NCBI GenBank assembly: GCA_029564025.1
Contig: JAKQQT010000075.1
Location: 13,185 to 77,184 of the forward strand
Length of the DNA: 64,000 nucleotides
Source of the DNA: Armatimonadota bacterium
Lineage (GTDB): Bacteria; Armatimonadota; DTGP01; JAKQQT01
Direction of reading: 5' to 3'
In this document: positions 57,531 to 64,000 of the stretch, one piece after another
Layout of the letters: every line of letters starts with the position of its first letter
How positions within the stretch are numbered: position 1 is the first letter of the stretch
Made by a program: the position numbers and the translations under genes
Notes under the pieces: model-generated
What the model saw: only the letters and a program-made list of their open reading frames with translations
Database searches by the model: none
Told to the model about the DNA's origin: nothing

Positions 57531-58345
57531 GCCTGCTCTCCTTCAGCGGGAGAGTCGTACTTCCGAAGAATCTCAAGCGTCGCCGACGTTTGAAGGCACG
57601 TGAGAAGAGCGCCCCAGGCCAGCGACACGGGAACGAGCACCGCGGGGCCGTACTGCCACGTAAGAACCAGCAGAATCGGTCCAATCAACAACACGTTGAA
57701 CAAGAAGGTTGTGATGAGGGTATACCAGGGATTCGCCATCGCGAGCAGAAACGCGCGGTACAAGGTCGTTCTCAGCGGCTTTTCCTGCTCAATCAGCAAG
57801 GGCCAATGGTACGTTGCCATCATCGCCCAGAGCAACAGAATGTAGCCGGTCAGAATGCCGATAACCTTGAACGGCGTCTGCGGTCGTGTCAGCAGGAAAA
57901 CAGTATCCGCGGACAGCACAACCGTTACCAGCAATTGTGTGAAACCGAGCGCCCACGCGCCCAAAGCCAACCTTTTGCCCTGGCGGAAGACAGTGAGGAA
58001 ATGCGGATCATCGCGGCGAAACATGGTGGCCGCCAGAGCGTAAAGACCGGCTATGAACGGCGACAGGATCAACACAGCCAACGGCAACAGAACAATCAAA
58101 CCGCGCACGCTGGCCGCGCGTTGTTCGGGATCGATCAGCCGAACCAGCCACGACGCCCCGTAAGCCGCCGGCAGGAACATCAGCGCAAACGACACGGCGG
58201 ATGCCAGAATAGTCGTTCCCATGTAGTCGTACGCGGCGGACACCCCGAGACGGAACGAACGCCCCGCCGATGGCGGCGGCGGCGGTTCGACCGGGTCATC
58301 GCCCCAGTCAGTCTTCTCCGGGGACAGCGAAGGGTGACGAATCAT
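57527..58345 (-). CDS. Hypothetical polytopic membrane protein
   Basis: About 6 TM helices and a Pro-rich N-terminus. No family recognised. Coding-like codon bias, and translationally coupled to the kinase gene. Confidence 0.55.
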   Translation of the reverse strand: MIRHPSLSPEKTDWGDDPVEPPPPPSAGRSFRLGVSAAYDYMGTTILASAVSFALMFLPAAYGASWLVRLIDPEQRAASVRGLIVLLPLAVLILSPFIAGLYALAATMFRRDDPHFLTVFRQGKRLALGAWALGFTQLLVTVVLSADTVFLLTRPQTPFKVIGILTGYILLLWAMMATYHWPLLIEQEKPLRTTLYRAFLLAMANPWYTLITTFLFNVLLIGPILLVLTWQYGPAVLVPVSLAWGALLTCLQTSATLEILRKYDSPAEGEQA

Positions 58346-58379
58346 AAGGTTTCGACGCTATTGAACTCCGTTGTAAGCG

Positions 58380-60053
58380 TTACTGGCGGCTCATGCTTTC
58401 CGGCGCCGACACGCCCAGAATTCCCAGCATGTTCCTCAGCACGATTCGCGCCGCGGAACACAGGGCGAGGCGCGCCGCGCTGAGGTCGGCGTCGTCTCCC
58501 AGCACCAGGCACTGGGTGTAGAACTGGTGGAATGTTTGCGCCGTTTCCATCGAGGCCCGTGTCAGGCCGTGCGGTCCAAAATCATTGGCAAACCGGGTCA
58601 GGTCCTCCGGATAATCAGCCAGCCGGCGCATCAGGGCCAGTTCCGTTTCGTGCGTCAACAGGGACAGGTCCACCTTTTCCGGATCCACCGGCGCGAAGCC
58701 CTGGTCAGCGGCGCGCTTCAGGATACTGCAGATGCGCGCATGGGCGTACTGCACGTAGTATACCGGATTCTCGTTGGATTCCTTTTTGGCGAGGTCCAGG
58801 TCGAAGTCCAGCGGGCTTTGGCTGTCGCGCAGAAGGAAGAAGAACCGCGCGGCGTCAGCGCCGACTTCTTCGATCAGTTCGTCCAGCGCCAGCACATTGC
58901 CGGCGCGCTTACTGCTGACGACTATCTCGCCGTTGGAGTACAGCCGCACTATCTGGTGGATGATAACCTTCAAGCGCTCCGGGTCGTATCCCTGCGCGGC
59001 AATAGCGGCCTTGGTGCGCTGGATGTATCCGTGGTGATCGGGTCCCCAGATGTCGATGAGCAGATTGTAGCCGCGGTCGAATTTGTTGCGGTGGTAAGCG
59101 GCATCGGCGGCGATGTACGTTGTCGCGCCGTTCGAGCGCCGCAATGGACGGTCCTTGTCGTCAGCAAAATCCGTCGACTTGAGCCACAGGGCGCCGTCCT
59201 TTACGTACGTGTGTCCTTCACGTTCCAGATGGGCCAGCGTATCGGCCACGGCGTCCGGGTGCAGGGTGCTCTCATGGAACCACTGGTCGAAGGACACGCC
59301 GAAATCGGACATCGCCTTCTTCTGCAACGCCACCATCTTCTCGACGCCCAGCCGTCCCAGCCGTTCGGCGCGTTCCTCTTCCGGCATATCCCGCAGGCTC
59401 GCGCCTTGCTCCCTGATGATTTCGATCGCCAGGTCTCTTACGTATTCCCCGTGGTAGCCGTCTTCAGGAAGAGGGACATCCTCGCCCAGTTCCTGGCGGT
59501 AGCGCGCGTCCAGGCTCCGTCCGAAATTGCCGACCTGATTTCCGTAGTCGTTGATGTAATACTCGCGGGCAACTTCGTAGCCCTGTGTCTCCAACAGCGC
59601 GGCTAGAGCGTCGCCCAGCGCGGCCGCGCGACCCTGCACGACGAGGATGGGACCAGTGGGATTGGCGCTCACGAACTCCAGCAGGACGCGTTCGCCCGCG
59701 TGGTCTGTGGAGTGACCGTATTTCACGTCCTCGACGAGAACCCGGCGGATGACGGAGTAAAGCCAGTCCGGCTTGAGGTAGAGGTTCAGGAAACCGGGAC
59801 CGGCGATTTCAACTCTGTCCAAAAGCGTGTTATCCGGAATGTGCGTCTGTATGATCCGGGCCACCTCGCGGGGTGATTTACCGACCGTGCGCGCCAGCGA
59901 CAAAGCGGCGTTGCAGGCAAAATCCCCGAGTTCCTTGTTCGGCGGTTCCTTCATGTCGTCCAGCGTGATCTCGCCGGACAACACAAGGGAGCCGTCCTCC
60001 ACGGCGCTTTCAACGGCCTTGTGTATCAGTCTCGCCAGTTGATCCTTGATCAT
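58380..60053 (-). CDS. argS: Arginine--tRNA ligase
   Basis: Class I HIGH-type region (SANPTGPI...), Arg_tRNA_synt_N, and a DALR anticodon-binding C-terminus. 557 aa. Confidence 0.92.
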   Translation of the reverse strand: MIKDQLARLIHKAVESAVEDGSLVLSGEITLDDMKEPPNKELGDFACNAALSLARTVGKSPREVARIIQTHIPDNTLLDRVEIAGPGFLNLYLKPDWLYSVIRRVLVEDVKYGHSTDHAGERVLLEFVSANPTGPILVVQGRAAALGDALAALLETQGYEVAREYYINDYGNQVGNFGRSLDARYRQELGEDVPLPEDGYHGEYVRDLAIEIIREQGASLRDMPEEERAERLGRLGVEKMVALQKKAMSDFGVSFDQWFHESTLHPDAVADTLAHLEREGHTYVKDGALWLKSTDFADDKDRPLRRSNGATTYIAADAAYHRNKFDRGYNLLIDIWGPDHHGYIQRTKAAIAAQGYDPERLKVIIHQIVRLYSNGEIVVSSKRAGNVLALDELIEEVGADAARFFFLLRDSQSPLDFDLDLAKKESNENPVYYVQYAHARICSILKRAADQGFAPVDPEKVDLSLLTHETELALMRRLADYPEDLTRFANDFGPHGLTRASMETAQTFHQFYTQCLVLGDDADLSAARLALCSAARIVLRNMLGILGVSAPESMSRQ

Positions 60054-60078
60054 ATTCCCTCTGAGTTCCTCACGCTAA

Positions 60079-60315
60079 TCACTTATCGCTTTCCTTCTCG
60101 CTGTCGCCTTCGGCCGCGGCGGAGGGTTTCGCAGGTTCCTCTTCATCAGGACCTACGGCCTTCTTGAACTCCTTGATGCCCTGTCCCATACCCTTCGCGA
60201 GTTCCGGCAATTTCTTGGCGCCAAACAGCACAACAAGCGCAACAAGCAGAATCGACAGTTCCGTGGGACCCAGCCCGATTGCGATCTGCCGCGACCATAA
60301 CTCCAAGCCGATCAT
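60079..60315 (-). CDS. tatA: Twin-arginine translocase TatA/E family protein
   Basis: [41 protein letters not shown] is the canonical TatA TM helix plus amphipathic helix. The ATG overlaps the preceding tatA stop (ATGA). Confidence 0.8.
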   Translation of the reverse strand: MIGLELWSRQIAIGLGPTELSILLVALVVLFGAKKLPELAKGMGQGIKEFKKAVGPDEEEPAKPSAAAEGDSEKESDK

Positions 60316-60536
60316 TTGGTTTCCTCCGATTTTCGACGGGATGTATCCACGTTCGACAGCGCCATGTCCCTGGCTTCCTGGATGTCCGAGGTCAGGTCAC
60401 CCAGAAGATCAGCCTTGGCTTTACGGAATTCACGCATGGCTTTGCCGACGCTCCTGCCTATCTCCGGCATCCGCTTGGGGCCGAAGATGATGAGCGCCAC
60501 GGCGAATATGACGACCAGTTCCATTGTACCCGGCAT
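60312..60536 (-). CDS. tatA: Twin-arginine translocase TatA/E family protein (second paralog)
   Basis: [36 protein letters not shown]. Confidence 0.8.
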   Translation of the reverse strand: MPGTMELVVIFAVALIIFGPKRMPEIGRSVGKAMREFRKAKADLLGDLTSDIQEARDMALSNVDTSRRKSEETK

Positions 60537-60600
60537 TTGACACCACCAGTCGCAGTGACGCGCCCGGCCGATCGGTGATCGGCCGTTTCCATAATTCTGA

Positions 60601-61530
60601 CTACAGTCTTGTGACGCTGATACGCGATGTCAGGTTCTGGACGGTGTGCGTTTCAAAAACACCGGCGCCGTAAACCATCGCGTTGGCCGCTCCGGCCGCC
60701 GACGCAAACTGCAGGCGCTCCGAAAGGTCCGCGCCCTGCAACCATTTCACCAGGAAGGCGGCCAGAAACACGTCACCGCTTCCGACCGCGCTTGCGAACT
60801 GAATCTCGGGCGCTTCGGCGTACCATGCGCCCGTTTCGTCCGCGCCCACGGCTCCGCACCGGCCAAGTGTAATGGCAACCGTCTTGACGCCGCGCTCCAG
60901 AAAAATCCGGCACGCCTCCGCCGCGTCACCGACCGTCTCGATCTCCCGGCCGAGCAAATCCGACGCTTCCGTCGCGTTGGGCTTGACAAAATCGGGAACG
61001 GCATCCAATCCGTGCCGCAATGGCTCTCCACTCGTGTCCAGCACGGTGCGGATGCCGCGGGACTTGGCTTGCCCGATCAATCCCGCGTAGAAGCCGTCCG
61101 GCACCCCCGGCGGGAGGCTTCCGCAAAGCGCCACCGTATGCGAACGCTCCAACAGGGCCGAAAACCGTTCCTGGAACAAGTCCAGTGCGGCCTGGTCAAT
61201 CGTCGGTCCGGGTTCGTTGATCTCCGTCTGCGTGCCTGTATCACGGTCCACGATGGCGATACAAAGGCGGGTTTGACCCGGAACTGTAACAAAGCCGTCT
61301 TCTATGCGCGCCGGTTCCAGCCGATTGCGCACGAGATCACCGTTGTGTCCCGCCAGAAAACCCGTAGCCGAGGACTGGAGGCCGAGCGACACAGCCGCCC
61401 TTGCTACGTTGATCCCCTTGCCACCGGCGTGTTCGCCGATTTCAAGCGGACGGTGAACACGCCCGATGATGAGCCGATCGACAAGATAGGTCTTGTCCAG
61501 CGCAGGATTGGGCGTAACGGTCAGTAACAA
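60601..61530 (-). CDS. PfkB-family hexose-phosphate kinase (1-phosphofructokinase/tagatose-6-P kinase type)
   Basis: MLLTVTPNPALDKTY, GGKGINVA, and C-terminal GSGDVFLAAF..GAANA. TTG start with GGAGG SD. Confidence 0.8.
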   Translation of the reverse strand: MLLTVTPNPALDKTYLVDRLIIGRVHRPLEIGEHAGGKGINVARAAVSLGLQSSATGFLAGHNGDLVRNRLEPARIEDGFVTVPGQTRLCIAIVDRDTGTQTEINEPGPTIDQAALDLFQERFSALLERSHTVALCGSLPPGVPDGFYAGLIGQAKSRGIRTVLDTSGEPLRHGLDAVPDFVKPNATEASDLLGREIETVGDAAEACRIFLERGVKTVAITLGRCGAVGADETGAWYAEAPEIQFASAVGSGDVFLAAFLVKWLQGADLSERLQFASAAGAANAMVYGAGVFETHTVQNLTSRISVTRL

Positions 61531-61700
61531 AAAGAGCCTCCTTCGGCATTCCTGTCCGCCGAAGCCCGACAGGGCGGAGGCGGAACAGCCTTCCTAACGC
61601 GCATGAGTCAGTGTAGGGAGGCTGTCGGATGGCGGTCAAACGGACGAAGTGTACCGGCTCCGGTGTCGCGTAACGACGATTGTCACGCTAGAATGAATCC

Positions 61701-63428
61701 GTGCAGTCCACAACACCCCAAAGCGTGTTTCCGCCTTCCACGGCAAGCCATCAGATATCGGCCTTGTTGTGGTTGAAGGTGCGCCTCTCGCTGGGTGCGT
61801 ACAAGAAAACGAAAGCTCTGCTTGTTGGCCTTGCCATCGGCGCTCCGTTTGTTGTCGCATTCAGCCTTGCTTTGTACTTCGCGGCGCTTGTGGTGCTTTG
61901 GGCATTTCCCGCCGAGATGTCCCGCCCGATGTTTCACGGAGCGCTGGCGACGCTTTACATCATGTGGCTGGCCGCCCCTTTGCTGGCGGCATCGGTCAAC
62001 GAGAGTCTGGACCTTTCAAAGATACTGCAATACCCCATCCCGCCGGGCCGGCTTTACTTTGCGAACATCCTCGGCGGATTCCTCGATATGCCCGTGCTGA
62101 CGGCGCTGATCCCGCTGTTGGCGATTCCGATTGGGCTCGCGACCAATCCCCTTACCGCGATTCTCCTGCTGTTCGTTCTCGTCGTTTTCGTATTTCACAC
62201 CATCTCGCTATCGCAAGCGGTTACGACGCTGTTGTGGGGATTGCTGAGGTCTCGTCGTATCAAGGATGTCTGGTTCGTCCTGGTATCGGTCGGGGGAATC
62301 GTTTTTTTCAGCGGTTACCAGGTTATGATCCGGCGGTTCGACGAAACCGCCATGGGTTACCTGATGTTTGCCAGGCCGGACCGGGTGGTGAAGTTCAGTC
62401 CGCCGGGCTGGGCTGTCGACGCCGCCTTTGCCCTGAACCGGGGCGACTGGCTGTCATTCGCGTGGAGAATATCGCTTCTCCTTATCGTTTGCTACGCCAC
62501 GGTTCGCATCGCCGGTGTCCTCGTCCACCGTATTGTAACCGGCGACCTGGCGCTGGAGAAGTACGGAAACGCGAAAGCCAGCGGGGAAGCCGTCTCCCGT
62601 TCGAACGGCTCGGTACGCCGGCGAAACCAATCACGATTGGCGCGCTTTCTGCCTCCAGCCGTAGCCGCGATGTACGAGTTGGAATGGCGCACTATGATGC
62701 GCGATCCCGCCGTCAAGGTCGATCTTGTGCGCAATATCGGCTGGATGGTGGCGTGGCCGATCATTCTAATATTCTCGTCTTCGGATAACGGCCAGTCCGG
62801 CCTTGCCTACATTCTGCGGTCGGGAGCCTGGGTTTTTGTTGGCGTGATGGCCGCTCTCGGAATGGCAACCTACGTAATCAGCCACAACATTTTCGCACGG
62901 GACCGGAGCGGAATCGGCTTGTTGTTTACACTGCCTACCCGGCGAATGGATATCATAGTTGGCAAGAACCTGGCGAACATGGTTTTCGCCACCGCCGGGA
63001 ACCTGATCCTGTGCGCCGTCGCGGCGTGGCTGGTACACCGTCCGGCTCTTTTCCCCGCGGCTGTCATCGCGGGTCAGTCACTGGCGCTTGTTTGCGTGGC
63101 CGCCGGCAACATTCTGTCGGTTTACCACCCCTACCCGCTTCCGGAACGGGGACAGAATCCGTATGGAACCCGCTCATCGGGGTTCACTTTCTTCGGTTGT
63201 TTCGGCTTCATCCTGATGATTGCGGCGGCCGTGTGTTTGTCTCTGCCCGTGGCCGGGGCGTTCGTTGTACCATTGCTGTTGCGGGAGTCGGCGTGGCTAT
63301 GGCTCAGTATTCCCGCCGCGGTCGTTTACGCCGTCTTCGTGTGGTGGTTGATGACGAGAGCCGCCGCGAACGGATTGTCGAATCGGGAACCGGAGGTTCT
63401 CGCCGCACTGTTGAAATCGGCTGTATGA
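61701..63428 (+). CDS. Hypothetical polytopic membrane protein (putative ABC-2/exporter-like permease)
   Basis: About 12 TM helices, GTG start. No ATPase partner is seen in the window. The family assignment is tentative. Confidence 0.55.
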   Translation: MQSTTPQSVFPPSTASHQISALLWLKVRLSLGAYKKTKALLVGLAIGAPFVVAFSLALYFAALVVLWAFPAEMSRPMFHGALATLYIMWLAAPLLAASVNESLDLSKILQYPIPPGRLYFANILGGFLDMPVLTALIPLLAIPIGLATNPLTAILLLFVLVVFVFHTISLSQAVTTLLWGLLRSRRIKDVWFVLVSVGGIVFFSGYQVMIRRFDETAMGYLMFARPDRVVKFSPPGWAVDAAFALNRGDWLSFAWRISLLLIVCYATVRIAGVLVHRIVTGDLALEKYGNAKASGEAVSRSNGSVRRRNQSRLARFLPPAVAAMYELEWRTMMRDPAVKVDLVRNIGWMVAWPIILIFSSSDNGQSGLAYILRSGAWVFVGVMAALGMATYVISHNIFARDRSGIGLLFTLPTRRMDIIVGKNLANMVFATAGNLILCAVAAWLVHRPALFPAAVIAGQSLALVCVAAGNILSVYHPYPLPERGQNPYGTRSSGFTFFGCFGFILMIAAAVCLSLPVAGAFVVPLLLRESAWLWLSIPAAVVYAVFVWWLMTRAAANGLSNREPEVLAALLKSAV

Positions 63429-63449
63429 TTTGCCGCGCCATTACATAGA

Positions 63450-64000
63450 ATGACCGAATCCGCCCGGAAGATACTGGAAGACCTGACACAGCGGTTTCGC
63501 GGTGTTCCCATCCTGACGCTTGCCCAGACAGCGCTTTGGGATGATCCCGTTAAGGCGACTTTCAAGGCGCTGTTGGACAAGCAGATGCCCGGCGCGCGCC
63601 TGATTCTGGCGGTGATGGACACCGACTACTTCTCGCGCCTCCCGCGCCCGCCCGCCGGCACGAAACCGTTTGATGTTGTTCCCCACAACGACGGCACCAC
63701 ACAGGGACTATGGGCCGCCGTCGGCGAGATGTCCTGCCTGTTCGGGGCCGAGACGGTTCCGGACTGCCACACCATGGCATCGCACGGGGTACAGGTTCAC
63801 CGGGCACTGTCCGCAACAGAGGATTCGGAGGCGCTGGACCGGTTGACGATGGCGTGGGGATGGCGGGGACTGGCTCAAACGAGAGGCCGCCGCAGACTGG
63901 CCGGCGATGTGAAATTGATGGAATGCGGGCAAGCGCTTCGTAAGCAGGTGGAATGGGCCCTTGCCGAAACGGAATCGATCGCGAACCGGGCACTTGGTTC
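63450..64000 (+). CDS. Hypothetical protein, 3'-truncated by the window end
   Basis: ATG 63450 opens a frame that stays open to 64000 (MTESARKILEDLTQRFRGVPILTLAQTALWDDPVKA...). It has GC3-rich codon usage like its neighbours. It is absent from the track because no stop lies in the window. No family recognised. Confidence 0.45.
   Translation, partial: MTESARKILEDLTQRFRGVPILTLAQTALWDDPVKATFKALLDKQMPGARLILAVMDTDYFSRLPRPPAGTKPFDVVPHNDGTTQGLWAAVGEMSCLFGAETVPDCHTMASHGVQVHRALSATEDSEALDRLTMAWGWRGLAQTRGRRRLAGDVKLMECGQALRKQVEWALAETESIANRALG

Noticed and set aside
58527-59606. 359-aa ORF antisense to argS. Similar long shadow ORFs lie at 50816..51871, 57590..58483, 60646..61527 and 40729..41697.
   Set aside because: These are shadow ORFs of recognised genes, with no independent start signals.
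61666-61703. TAGAAT (61689-61694) lies 6 nt before the GTG at 61701, suggesting a leaderless transcript for the membrane protein.
   Set aside because: There is no credible -35 (TCGCGT) or extended -10 TG, and the true start codon is uncertain. The evidence is too weak to report as a feature.

Overview
High-GC bacterial chromosomal segment. I saw no rRNA, tRNA, CRISPR array, transposase or integrase. Coding density is very high, and many neighbouring genes share 4-nt ATGA/GTGA/TTGA stop-start overlaps. The genes fall into three strand blocks. (1) The + strand from 1.3 to 27.3 kb starts with an envelope glycosylation cluster (GT9, methyltransferase, ArnT/PMT-like GT-C). Next comes one PEP-CTERM protein with its own sigma-54-type promoter, then a Memo-like protein and an HtrA protease. 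A very long co-directional arginine unit follows: argB-mutM-argD-(ClpN x2::argF fusion)-GNAT-argG-M1 peptidase-argH-ABC importer-M14 peptidase-lipoprotein. After a terminator there is a secreted Cys-peptidase-like protein. (2) The - strand from 61.5 down to 27.4 kb carries pfkB-type kinase, tatA x2, argS and a regulatory cassette (membrane protein, soluble His kinase, rpoN, NtrC-type activator, REC-PilZ). It continues with an 18-kb exosortase/EpsI polysaccharide locus (Wza-like, sugar dehydrogenase, exosortase, EpsI, Wzc-like, priming transferase, Wzx, Wzy, four GTs, deacetylase, GT-C). It ends with a sugar-phosphate isomerase and ilvE-mcsA-mcsB-clpC. (3) The + strand from 61.7 to 64 kb has a polytopic membrane protein and a 3'-truncated ORF. 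The two observations I rate highest are not in the ORF track or standard annotation logic. First, a 26-codon leader ORF with five Arg codons in six, followed by competing GC hairpins and a terminator just upstream of argB, is a candidate arginine attenuator. Second, the ornithine carbamoyltransferase is fused to two tandem Clp N-terminal (phospho-arginine reader-type) modules, in the same window as McsA/McsB/ClpC. All calls rest on by-eye motif recognition; no searches, folding or statistics were run.
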